From Pyrinomonadaceae bacterium (GTDB lineage Bacteria; Acidobacteriota; Blastocatellia; Pyrinomonadales; Pyrinomonadaceae), in the NCBI GenBank assembly GCA_041487335.1, contig JBGPNE010000001.1:1-39983 (forward strand): a stretch of DNA of 39,983 bases, read 5' to 3'. Positions 16,739 to 25,924 of the stretch are shown one piece after another. A model generated the notes under the pieces. That model did no database searches and had not been told where the DNA came from. It saw only the letters and a list, made by a program, of their open reading frames with translations. Every line of letters starts with the position of its first letter. Position 1 is the first letter of the stretch. Made by a program: the position numbers and the translations under genes.

Positions 16739-18042
16739 ACCCCTTGATAGTTCTTCTCCCTATTCGAGACATCGAGAAGCCTGACCAGATCGATAATCAC
16801 GCGACCGTTGTTCAGCTTATGTGACAATTCGCGAAATTCATCCTGATGTTTCCCGATGATGAGCACCTCCGAGCAATTAATTACCTCGTTGAGATCCGAT
16901 TTCATCAGTGATGAAATGTGTGGGATCTCGTGATCGATGTACTGTTTATTCGCGCCGAATAACTGAGCTAATTCAACCTCGCGGTCATAAATGGTAAGCT
17001 TCAATCCTTTTCCGATCAGGGTCTCGATCAATGTCACCATCGGACTCTCGCGGAGATCATCCGTGCCAGCCTTAAAACTCATTCCGAGCACGCCGACGTT
17101 CTTTCGTCGCGTCTGAAGGACCATATCGACCGCACGCTCTACCTGCTGCCGGTTGCTGAGCATAATTGAGTTGAGGAGCGGCGTGTCGATATCAACCTCC
17201 CTGGCTTTGTAGGTAATCGCTCGCAAGTCCTTTGGGAGGCACGAGCCGCCGAACGCAAAACCCGGCTTCAGGTAATACGGCGACAGATTCAGCTTCGTGT
17301 CTTTGCAAAAGGTGTCCATAACCTTGTGGCTATCGACGCCAAGCGCTTTACAAATATTCCCGATCTCGTTCGCGAAGGTGATCTTTAGCGCGTGAAAGCA
17401 ATTCGACGCGTACTTCACCATCTCGGCTTCCTTAATGCCGAGTCTGATGATCGGCGCCTCGATTCCCGCGTAGAGGCGGCCTACCGCGCCGGCCGCGTCT
17501 TCGTCATCGGCGCCAATGATGGTAAACGGCGGGTTGTTGAAGTCATGAATCGAAGAGCCTTCGCGTAGGAATTCAGGATTGACTGCAACTCCGAAGTCGC
17601 GGCCCGCACGCTTGCCCGAGTAGACTTCGAGGGTAGGAATAAGAAACCGTTCGACCGTGCCCGGGAGCATAGTCGAGCGTGCCACGAGTACATGATAGTC
17701 GCGCTTTGCGGCTAGAGCTTCGCCGACCTGCTGGCAGGCTCGTTTGACGTGTGAGATATCCAGACTACCGTTGTGATTGCTCGGCGTGCCCACGCATATA
17801 AGCGACAGATCTGAGCCGTGAACAGCATCGCTTGCGTCGTCGGTCGCGCGAAGCCGGTTTGCTCTCACTGAAGTGCTGATCAACGTCTCAACGCCCGGCT
17901 CGATTATGGGGCTGCGCCCGTCGTTTATGATCTCTACCTTCGTTTTGTTGACGTCCACGCCTATGACTTCGTGACCTGCTTTCGCGAAGCAAGCGGCGGA
18001 AACGCAACCGACATAACCCAAACCGAAGATGCTCAGTCTCAT
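16729..18042 (-). CDS. GDP-mannose 6-dehydrogenase (AlgD-like; UDP-glucose/GDP-mannose dehydrogenase family)
   Basis: 437 aa with ATG at 18042. MRLSIFGLGYVGCVSAACFAKAGHEVIGVDV (Rossmann fold), NPEFLREG, catalytic GFAFGGSCLPKD, SFKAGTDDLRESP, and C-terminal ...GVCW. From memory this is collinear with and closest to P. aeruginosa AlgD (MRISIFGLGYVG..., ending GICW) rather than Ugd. Confidence 0.8.
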   Translation of the reverse strand: MRLSIFGLGYVGCVSAACFAKAGHEVIGVDVNKTKVEIINDGRSPIIEPGVETLISTSVRANRLRATDDASDAVHGSDLSLICVGTPSNHNGSLDISHVKRACQQVGEALAAKRDYHVLVARSTMLPGTVERFLIPTLEVYSGKRAGRDFGVAVNPEFLREGSSIHDFNNPPFTIIGADDEDAAGAVGRLYAGIEAPIIRLGIKEAEMVKYASNCFHALKITFANEIGNICKALGVDSHKVMDTFCKDTKLNLSPYYLKPGFAFGGSCLPKDLRAITYKAREVDIDTPLLNSIMLSNRQQVERAVDMVLQTRRKNVGVLGMSFKAGTDDLRESPMVTLIETLIGKGLKLTIYDREVELAQLFGANKQYIDHEIPHISSLMKSDLNEVINCSEVLIIGKHQDEFRELSHKLNNGRVIIDLVRLLDVSNREKNYQGVCW

Positions 18043-18099
18043 ATTTCTACGCTCGCGAATTCAGTTCTCGCCGGACACTTCACTCAACGCTCAAGACGA

Positions 18100-19326
18100 T
18101 CATGCCGCCTGGCGACGAGATCGTTGTCCTGCTACTCGCTCGCAGATCTCGGCAAAACAATTCGCCGCAGCCTCCCATCCGAATTTCGCGCAAACAGCCG
18201 CTCGCGCGTTTTCGCCCAGCCTGTTCGCCAGCGGCGCGTCCCGAAGCACCCGAATGATCGCCCGCGCAAACTCCTCCGGATCATCCGCAATCAACAGATC
18301 CTCCTCATTGCGAACCGGCAACCCCTCGGCGCCGACGGTTGTGGAAATCACGGCCTTTCCCATCGCCATCGCCTCATAGATCTTTAGCCGAGTGCCGCCG
18401 CCGATTCGTATAGGAACAATGTAGGCTGATGCGCGCGCGACATATGAGCGGATGTCTTCGACCCGGCCGGTCACCTTAATCCGTGGATCAGACCGTTCAA
18501 GCTGCAACAGCGCGGGCCCGGGGTTGCGGCCCACAACTGTTAGTTTGCAAGCAGGGATCGTGCGGGAGACGATGGGCAATATCTTCTCCGCAAAGTACAG
18601 AATGGCATCCTGGTTAGGAATCCAGTCCATCGAGCCGGTGAAGACGAGTTCCAAAGGATCCAATGCAGCTCTGACAGGACTGAAATATGAGGTGTCCACC
18701 CCGGTCGGCACATCGTAGACTTCTGGAAGCCCAAATTCGCCTCGCATCCGATCTCGGTCGATCTCAGAGACCGCGATGACCGCGTCGACGCCGCGGCAGG
18801 TTTCGCGCTCATATCTCAAAATCTTGCGCCATTGGCCCTTGAGGAAAGCTCTCTTCAATCCGCGGTTCTGCGTTTCGAAATGACGCTTCCAAATCATAGA
18901 TTCGACGTTATGCTGAAACAGCACCGCGGCGCACCCGAGCCGCGGCGGAAGGTTGATGCTGGTAGCTAAGAAATCGCATACGACTACGTCATAATCGCGC
19001 TCGCACAGCTCGCGTTCGATGGCATTGCGCATCTCCATCAAACCGTACTTTAGAATTGCATAGGGCAACGGCGAAGCTAGACTCAAGATCAGGTCGTAAT
19101 AAAACCGCGCGCCGAACTTTCGAGTTTCTCGCAGCAGAACGGTCACCAGGCGGTGGCAATACTCGTTCGCCTTTTCAAAAGCTTCAGGTGGATCATCCGG
19201 CCGAACAAAAGACAGATATGTTACATCGTGCTGGCGTCTTAGGTGTTTGAGCATCTGATACGTTCGAATCCGTCCGCCCTTGTCCAACGGATGTAACAGT
19301 TCACTTTTAAGCCAGAGTATTCGCAT
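18100..19326 (-). CDS. Glycosyltransferase family 4 (resembles PEP-CTERM/EpsH1-system-associated sugar transferases)
   Basis: ORF 18100..19395. Start trimmed to ATG 19326 (MRILWLKSELLHPLDKGGRIRTYQMLKHL), 5 nt after the upstream TGA (19332..19334). EX7E-type IYEAMAMGKAVISTTVGAEGLPVRNEEDLLIAD. Confidence 0.85.
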   Translation of the reverse strand: MRILWLKSELLHPLDKGGRIRTYQMLKHLRRQHDVTYLSFVRPDDPPEAFEKANEYCHRLVTVLLRETRKFGARFYYDLILSLASPLPYAILKYGLMEMRNAIERELCERDYDVVVCDFLATSINLPPRLGCAAVLFQHNVESMIWKRHFETQNRGLKRAFLKGQWRKILRYERETCRGVDAVIAVSEIDRDRMRGEFGLPEVYDVPTGVDTSYFSPVRAALDPLELVFTGSMDWIPNQDAILYFAEKILPIVSRTIPACKLTVVGRNPGPALLQLERSDPRIKVTGRVEDIRSYVARASAYIVPIRIGGGTRLKIYEAMAMGKAVISTTVGAEGLPVRNEEDLLIADDPEEFARAIIRVLRDAPLANRLGENARAAVCAKFGWEAAANCFAEICERVAGQRSRRQAA

Positions 19327-19331
19327 TTTAT

Positions 19332-20126
19332 TCACCGGGTTGCGACACGGGCCCTGGCCAGAGCCACTCGCGATTTGCGAGGCGCTAACCGGCACCGCAC
19401 AATCGCCGTGAACAACTCTCTCGTCAGGGGATTTGAAAGCAGACGCGCTCGCCTGATCGGCACGGCTTCGAAGGTTTTGAAATCAAACTCGCTTTCCCGA
19501 ACGAGCGTTTTGAATCGGCGAATTGTCATCTGGTTGAGTCCGCCGTCGATTTCCGAAAAGCGAGTCGCGCCGTCGGATTTGAAATCGGAGCGCCAGCGAA
19601 GCAGGCAATGCTCGGTAAACAGGAGATGCGCCCATGGGAAGACCGAAAACAAGTGACCGCCAAGTGGGTGATACCACGTCGGACCAAACCCAATAATTAC
19701 AACTCCGTCATCTTTCAGGAGCCCGCGCATAGTTCGCAGAATGTTCGCCGGATCGTCAAAGTGTTCGAACGCGTCTATCGACAGGATTACATCGGCTTTT
19801 TCGGCCGTTTCAGCCGCGAAGTGGCAGCGATCTGAAACACCTGATTGCTCTGCTCGGTTTCTCGCATCGTTTAGCAGACTCGTCCGCATTTCGAGTCCAA
19901 TGACTCTTTGCGCGCCGTGCTCGGCTATCTCCACGGCTTCAACCCCCGATCCGCACCCAAAATCGATCACGACTTTACCTTCAAACCCCTTCCAGATCTG
20001 CGGACCTAATAGCACTTCAAGCTTGCTGCGGCCTTTGTACGCGCTCCCATCGCAATAGCCGGTCTCGCCGTCCGCGCTTACGGATTTCAGTAGCCTGTAT
20101 CCTATTGTCCCGCCTATTATTCCCAT
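19332..20126 (-). CDS. Class I SAM-dependent methyltransferase
   Basis: 264 aa with ATG at 20126. Motif I KVVIDFGCGSGVEAVEIAEHG, plus VIGLEM and ADVILSIDAFEHF. Confidence 0.85.
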   Translation of the reverse strand: MGIIGGTIGYRLLKSVSADGETGYCDGSAYKGRSKLEVLLGPQIWKGFEGKVVIDFGCGSGVEAVEIAEHGAQRVIGLEMRTSLLNDARNRAEQSGVSDRCHFAAETAEKADVILSIDAFEHFDDPANILRTMRGLLKDDGVVIIGFGPTWYHPLGGHLFSVFPWAHLLFTEHCLLRWRSDFKSDGATRFSEIDGGLNQMTIRRFKTLVRESEFDFKTFEAVPIRRARLLSNPLTRELFTAIVRCRLAPRKSRVALARARVATR

Positions 20127-20128
20127 CG

Positions 20129-22090
20129 CTATGCCGCCGCGACTCCATTTTCGCTAATCGCGTAACGAAGAGTTCCTGTGTCAAAGCTTGCCGGTTCCGA
20201 ATCGAAGAAGCGGCGTTGCCAGATTTCAAAATTGATCAGCGCCCACAATCGCTCTGAATGGTCCTCGCCCGCACGATGTCGCGCCGCCAGCTCGCCAACA
20301 AACTCCCCATCGAAAATCTCCCGCGCTCTCGCTCGCTCACTCAACACGTATTCGTCTACTATGTGGCTGAATGCACCGCGGAGCCACCGGCCTATCGGCA
20401 CAGGAAATCCCATCTTCTTCCGTGTGACGATCTCGTTGGGCAGAACTCCTTCGGTTGCGCGGCGCAGGATGTACTTGGTAGTAATCCCGCGCAGCTTCAT
20501 CGAGACCGGAAGCGCGGCGGCAAACTCTACGAGCTTGTGATCCAGGAAAGGCACGCGGCTTTCAATCGAGGCGGCCATGCTCATCTGGTCCTGCTTCATC
20601 AATAGCTCGTGAAGGTACGTCTTCAAATCGACGGCGAGCAGCTGATCAAGCAAGGCTTCGGAGTCGCATTGGCCCATGTGATCGAGCTCGCTGCGATAGG
20701 GATTCTGGGTACCCATTCTTTCCCTCGTCCGGGCCGTGAATAAACGCTGCTGCATCGAACGGGAAAAGACCGAGAAATTGTCAAAGTAGATATCTTCAAT
20801 TCCAGGCTCCAAACACAGGAATGTTCGGCTGAGCTTTCGCCTTACGCCGGATGTGCCCTTCATATTGTCGACTGCCTTTTTTATCTTGCCGCGAATGGCC
20901 GCGGGCACTCCGCAGTTGTAAGCCCGTCCAAGAGCTACGTTAAAAACAGTCCGTCGATACTTATCGTAGCCGCCAAGCATCTCGTCGCTGCCTTCGCCTG
21001 TCAGCACTACTTTGACGTGTTCCGCGGCTAGCTCGGACACGAAATAGAGCGGGACGCTTGAAGGATGCGCTATGGGTTCGTCCTCCTGATAGACGAGTTT
21101 CGGGAGCGCGTCGAAGAACTGAGTCGGGCTCACGATGATTTCATAATGTCGGGTCGCAAATGCTTGCGAGACCGCGCGCGCGTAGAGCAATTCGTTTGCT
21201 TCGCGTTCGGCAAAGGCTACCGAGAATGTCTTTATCGGCTCCGACACCATCTCGCTCATCGCTGCCGCGATGGCGCTGGAATCGATGCCGCCCGACAAGA
21301 ACATTCCAAGCGGAACGTCAGCCATCAAACGGAGTCTTACTGATTCGTAAAACAGTTCTTTGAACCGCTCGACGTACGGCGCTTCGCCTAGAGGCTGATC
21401 AGATTTGGCAAAGCTGACGTCCCAGTAGCGCTTAATCTCGACCCGTCCGTCTTGCCAGGTCAACGTGTGCCCTGGCAGCAATCGCTTCACATGCCGAAAC
21501 AGTGTTTCTTCGCCGGAGGTCGAACGATTCGCGGCGTAATCGGCCAGAGCGGCGTAGTTGAGCTCAGTGCTAATTGCGCCGCATTCGATGATCGCCTTAA
21601 TTTCGGACGCGAAGTAGATGTCTCCGTCGGGTTTGATCGCGTAGTAAAGCGGCTTGATTCCCAGCCGGTCCCTAGCCAGGAGAAGGCGGCGCCGGCTTGA
21701 ATCCCAAATCGCGAATGCGAACATGCCGCGAAGATGCTCGACCGCGCCGGCGCCGTGCTCTTCGTACAGGTGAATGATGGTCTCCGTGTCGCACGCGCTT
21801 CGATAGATATGGCCGCGCTGCTCGAGCCCCGGGCGAAGATCGCGATGGTTATAGACTTCGCCGTTGTAGCTGATCCAGATCGTTCGGTCCTCGTTGGGCA
21901 TCGGTTGATGGCCGCCTCCAAGGTCGACGATGGATAGCCGCCGATGTCCCAGGCCTGCTTGAGAATCCATGAATAGGCCCGCGTCATCCGGCCCGCGATG
22001 CACCAGGGTATCGCGCATACGGATAAGCACCGATTCATCAATGCTGTGGCTGGAATTGGTTGGGACGGCAAAGCCGCATATCCCGCACAT
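20129..22090 (-). CDS. asnB: Asparagine synthase (glutamine-hydrolysing) family amidotransferase, copy 2
   Basis: 653 aa. MCGICGF N-terminus, HRRLSIVDL, YNGEVYNH, and PP-loop FLSGGIDSSAI. ATG at 22090 overlaps the upstream TGA (TGATG). Confidence 0.9.
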   Translation of the reverse strand: MCGICGFAVPTNSSHSIDESVLIRMRDTLVHRGPDDAGLFMDSQAGLGHRRLSIVDLGGGHQPMPNEDRTIWISYNGEVYNHRDLRPGLEQRGHIYRSACDTETIIHLYEEHGAGAVEHLRGMFAFAIWDSSRRRLLLARDRLGIKPLYYAIKPDGDIYFASEIKAIIECGAISTELNYAALADYAANRSTSGEETLFRHVKRLLPGHTLTWQDGRVEIKRYWDVSFAKSDQPLGEAPYVERFKELFYESVRLRLMADVPLGMFLSGGIDSSAIAAAMSEMVSEPIKTFSVAFAEREANELLYARAVSQAFATRHYEIIVSPTQFFDALPKLVYQEDEPIAHPSSVPLYFVSELAAEHVKVVLTGEGSDEMLGGYDKYRRTVFNVALGRAYNCGVPAAIRGKIKKAVDNMKGTSGVRRKLSRTFLCLEPGIEDIYFDNFSVFSRSMQQRLFTARTRERMGTQNPYRSELDHMGQCDSEALLDQLLAVDLKTYLHELLMKQDQMSMAASIESRVPFLDHKLVEFAAALPVSMKLRGITTKYILRRATEGVLPNEIVTRKKMGFPVPIGRWLRGAFSHIVDEYVLSERARAREIFDGEFVGELAARHRAGEDHSERLWALINFEIWQRRFFDSEPASFDTGTLRYAISENGVAAA

Positions 22091-24645
22091 CAGTTGATCG
22101 CCTCGCTGGAGTTATTGCTCAAATCCCATCCGGAATCGTCTCCGGCAAACAGCGCAACCGCCTGGGATACTTCGAAGGCCGTCCCGTTGATAACGGTCTT
22201 CCGAGTGTGTTCGCCTATGGCAAGGTCAAACAGATTTCCTCCGTTGAGCGTGCCTTCGATTCCATCCTCGGTCCGTCGAAGTGTGCAGTGATGGACAGGA
22301 GCTGCAGAGCGGAAGGCGAATCCATCGATGGTTTCGAATCTGTGCCCGCGAATCAAGAATCCGATTGCGAATGTATCACTCTCGAATCTCGCCCACGCGA
22401 ATCGACAGGCAGCAGTGAGCGCCCCGCATTCCACTGGCCTCCCATCATCACTGAACAACACAACGTCGCGTACAACATCTGAAATAACCTGAAAGCCGTG
22501 AGCGCCGGCGCAATCTAGTGACTGGCGATCCACTGCGATTGATTGGCCGTCGTAAGCAGGGATGATGAGTGTCGTAAATTCCTGCGTCCCTTTCTCACGT
22601 CCTTCAAAGACAACGACCAGCGACTGCTCGCGTTGGCCGTACGCACGCGACGACCAGCACCTCCTTATTTGCGCTCTAATCATTGATCGCCCGAAGACAG
22701 CAATGTTCAACCTTCGCCCTCCAGGTTGGGTCACAGTCACCTGGTTCTCGATTGCAAAGGCCGAACATCCCGGCGCGAGGTGATAACTGATCGCGTAATC
22801 GTGAATGCCCGAAGAAATGAATGTATCCCGCACGATCAAGTACGAAGGCAGCAAGGCGGTGTCGCGGCGCGCGCCTGCTTTTGGGCTTATGACTGTCCGC
22901 GTGTGCTTGACGGGATCAGCTAATCTCCCATAACCGTCGTGGGAAGCTTCCAGGTAGTCGAATGAATCTTCGAGGATGAAATCATCCAGTTTCGTTTTCG
23001 CAACGTGCTTCCACGAAAAAGGCCCTCCGGTAACCGATTGAGACTGTCCATCAACGGTAACGGTATTGTGTGCTTGAGTGGAACGGAACCAGTCGCGCAA
23101 TTCAGAATCTGCGGTATAGGTGAACGTGCCGGGATCAACGATCCAGGGTTTCCCGAGCGCGGCGAATTCAATGGAAAGAGCGTCCGCGTGTGAATGAGCA
23201 AACGCGAGCGAGCCGTGAGGTCCGCAATCCATCATTACGTAGCTTGAATGGTCCGACCAGCCATCGCGCATGACGGCGTAGCCGCTCTCCGCAAAGACGC
23301 GCGATGAAGTGCGCGGCTCGGCGATTTGAAGCTCAGCAAAACGGTCCAATCCGGCAGGACCGAGAAGCCACAGCGTTTCAACGGCGCCCTGACCTGCTGC
23401 TCGCTTCCAATCCCCGCGGCCGTATAGAGCCGCGGCGGTTGCGATGGAATCGCGGAAATCGTCCAGCTCGCGACCGCCCAGAACTATCAACCGCCCGCCG
23501 TCGTCATCGCCTATCAACGGCGAGGAGCCATCCGGCCGGCCTATCCACATCAAGTGAGTAATCATTTTCGCGAGTTTTTCTTCCACTTCTTCAGGAAGAG
23601 CGGTGTTGCTCGCGCGAGCCAGGATCAGCAGATGCGTGTAAAAATCCGCCGTGTAGCGATGATAGTAAGTCGCCTGCTCGAAGTAGACCCCATCGCTGCG
23701 GACCTGTCGAGGTAACTCGTCGAGCATTATTCCCAGACCGAGAGTTCTCCAGGTCTCGGCACATTGCAGTTCAGGCAGCGCTGTCCCCAGATAGAACAAT
23801 CCAAGAGCCTCGCCCGTCAGGTGAGTGTTTGGGCTGAAGTAGTGCGATAGATATGACTGAAGATGCAGTCCGTGAGTTAGAAGATTCTTGAACAGACGCA
23901 ACTCAAATTGGGAAGTCAGCCGAGAAGATCCGGCAAACAAGTGCAGAGCCCATAGCCATGCGATTGATCGAAGCGCAAGCTCGAGACTGCTCACCCAATT
24001 TATGCCACGCTTGGGTGGGTTCGCATCCATCCACGATGTAGCTTGAGCAATGAACGCTTCGGCATATATTTCATCGTTAGTCATCCAGTAGGCCTGGCCG
24101 AGCGTTACGAAATGCTGATGCCGGTTTAACTCCCAGGTTATCTTTTTGTCGCCGGCCACCATCGGATCGAGATACTGGATCTTGCTCCAATGATCGAGCG
24201 ACGTACGCTTACTGGAAATCGGCTCCAGGAGCCAGTCTGGAGGGTCTCCGAAGCTGAGGTCTTTGAAGCCCAGGAGATCGAAGCGACCCCGGCTCGCGCG
24301 CGCCGCGCGCTCGATTATCTTCTGTCGCTCTGGCTGGAATTCCCGGCTCATTCTGGCCACGATTTCCTCTCGGTGGCTAAGCGAAGGGAAAAACGAGTGA
24401 CCTTGATGAGGATTCGAGAAGATCGAATCATGAACCCGGTTTGCGATACGGTTGGCGGCCGCTTCGGCAGAATCGCCGACGTGGGCGGGTTTGATGTAAC
24501 TAAGAAACGCCCGATCGCTCATCTCGCCTTCCGACAACCTGAGGACACGTTCGCCGAGCTTCGCGAGTTCTTGCCAGCCACGAACACGTAGCTCCCGCCC
24601 GCTCTTTCCGCGAATTCTCTTCAGTTGTGCGAGTCGTGCGAGCAT
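22090..24645 (-). CDS. Heparinase II/III family (alginate-lyase-like N-domain plus heparinase II/III C-domain) protein, no signal peptide
   Basis: 851 aa with ATG at 24645. FGDPPDWLLEP, KITWELNRHQHFVTLGQAYWMT and NWVSSLELALRSIAWLWA indicate an alpha/alpha-toroid N-domain. AHSHADALSIEFAALGKPWIVDPGTFTYT is the Hepar_II_III signature. The N-terminus MLARLAQLKRIRGKSGREL is hydrophilic with no leader. Confidence 0.8.
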   Translation of the reverse strand: MLARLAQLKRIRGKSGRELRVRGWQELAKLGERVLRLSEGEMSDRAFLSYIKPAHVGDSAEAAANRIANRVHDSIFSNPHQGHSFFPSLSHREEIVARMSREFQPERQKIIERAARASRGRFDLLGFKDLSFGDPPDWLLEPISSKRTSLDHWSKIQYLDPMVAGDKKITWELNRHQHFVTLGQAYWMTNDEIYAEAFIAQATSWMDANPPKRGINWVSSLELALRSIAWLWALHLFAGSSRLTSQFELRLFKNLLTHGLHLQSYLSHYFSPNTHLTGEALGLFYLGTALPELQCAETWRTLGLGIMLDELPRQVRSDGVYFEQATYYHRYTADFYTHLLILARASNTALPEEVEEKLAKMITHLMWIGRPDGSSPLIGDDDGGRLIVLGGRELDDFRDSIATAAALYGRGDWKRAAGQGAVETLWLLGPAGLDRFAELQIAEPRTSSRVFAESGYAVMRDGWSDHSSYVMMDCGPHGSLAFAHSHADALSIEFAALGKPWIVDPGTFTYTADSELRDWFRSTQAHNTVTVDGQSQSVTGGPFSWKHVAKTKLDDFILEDSFDYLEASHDGYGRLADPVKHTRTVISPKAGARRDTALLPSYLIVRDTFISSGIHDYAISYHLAPGCSAFAIENQVTVTQPGGRRLNIAVFGRSMIRAQIRRCWSSRAYGQREQSLVVVFEGREKGTQEFTTLIIPAYDGQSIAVDRQSLDCAGAHGFQVISDVVRDVVLFSDDGRPVECGALTAACRFAWARFESDTFAIGFLIRGHRFETIDGFAFRSAAPVHHCTLRRTEDGIEGTLNGGNLFDLAIGEHTRKTVINGTAFEVSQAVALFAGDDSGWDLSNNSSEAIN

Positions 24646-24670
24646 ATATCTTATTGTCCTTCGTTGGCTG

Positions 24671-25906
24671 TTATCCCGCGTTTCCGGTCCCTGCCCTGGC
24701 CGCTGACATGTTTGTGTTCGATTGATTGGTTTCGCGCAACGGTTCCCATACGACGTGGGCTTCGCCGCGGATGTGCTTCACAAAAGCTACAATGATCGCG
24801 GCGTTGGCAAGCACGAAGTAATAGGGGAGCGCCAGGAGCCCGACCCGTACACCGAAGCGCGCCAGAATCCAACCGGGCAGCGCCGATAGGTAGAATGCGA
24901 GCTGCAACGCCATGGTGGCTTGATAAACTTCGGATCTGTTGGCGATCACCAGATTTGAAATCAAGGCAACGAGGAGAAGCGCCGGGACGGCATACCTCAG
25001 AACCTTGTGCGAGATCATTTGAAAAGCAAAGATTCCGTGACGACGAATGCTGAGCACTTCGCGATACCGGCTCAGAGCGTTCATGGTCTGTTCCATTATT
25101 CTGACCCGCATGCGAAATTCGTCGCGGCTCCGATTGTTTGTATCTTCTATGGAGATCGCTTCAGGCTCGTCGACCGTTCTTAGACCCTTCATATGGATCT
25201 CTGACGCAATCACGAAATCGCTGCACATATCGTGTTCGAGCGGGGTGTAACTCGTGCGGCGGACGGCGTACAAGCACCCGGTGACTCCTATCATCGAGCC
25301 CAGCCGGCTCTCCGATTCCCGAATGAATTGTTCATAACTCCAATAAGAGCGACACCCGCGGCCGATCGATGTCTTCGACCGATCAACATACGTCAGTTGA
25401 CTGCTCACGCAGCCCACTTCCGCATCTGCGAAGCAGCGAACTATCTTGCGCAGGGCGTCGCGGTGATAACCGGTCGTTGCATCGGTGAAGACCAGGATCT
25501 CGCCTGTCGAAACCTCCACCGCGCTGTTTTGAGCCATCGTCTTTCCGAGCCGATCCGGCTGGCGATGCAGAACGACCCCGCGATGCGCAAACCCGCGAAC
25601 GATGTCATCCATGCCGTCGGTGGAACAGTCGCTTGCAACAATGATTTCGAAGGACTCCTCGGGGTATTCCAGCGCGAGGGTGTTTTCAATCTTCATCGCG
25701 ATGTCCCGCTCCTCGTTGTAGGCAGCGATGATGACCGAAACGCGGGGCCATATGGCGGCCTTGCGAACGGGGCGCTCGCGTAGACGACTCAAAACAAAGA
25801 TGAGCGCCGGGTACCCAAGGCAAGAATAAGTAATAAGCCCGAGCGACAACACAAAGACTATTTCGACCTGGATCACTCTCGTCTCCCAACCTATCGATGA
25901 ACCCAC
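24671..25906 (-). CDS. Membrane-embedded glycosyltransferase family 2 (synthase-like architecture)
   Basis: 411 aa with a GTG start at 25906. N-terminal TM region VEIVFVLSLGLITYSCLGYPALIFVL, then VSVIIAAYNEERDI, VASDCSTDG and LVFTDATT. Three to four C-terminal TM helices follow (FAFQMISHKVLRYAVPALLLVALISNLVI...). Confidence 0.8.
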   Translation of the reverse strand: MGSSIGWETRVIQVEIVFVLSLGLITYSCLGYPALIFVLSRLRERPVRKAAIWPRVSVIIAAYNEERDIAMKIENTLALEYPEESFEIIVASDCSTDGMDDIVRGFAHRGVVLHRQPDRLGKTMAQNSAVEVSTGEILVFTDATTGYHRDALRKIVRCFADAEVGCVSSQLTYVDRSKTSIGRGCRSYWSYEQFIRESESRLGSMIGVTGCLYAVRRTSYTPLEHDMCSDFVIASEIHMKGLRTVDEPEAISIEDTNNRSRDEFRMRVRIMEQTMNALSRYREVLSIRRHGIFAFQMISHKVLRYAVPALLLVALISNLVIANRSEVYQATMALQLAFYLSALPGWILARFGVRVGLLALPYYFVLANAAIIVAFVKHIRGEAHVVWEPLRETNQSNTNMSAARAGTGNAG

Positions 25907-25924
25907 AAGACAGTGTATGAATGC

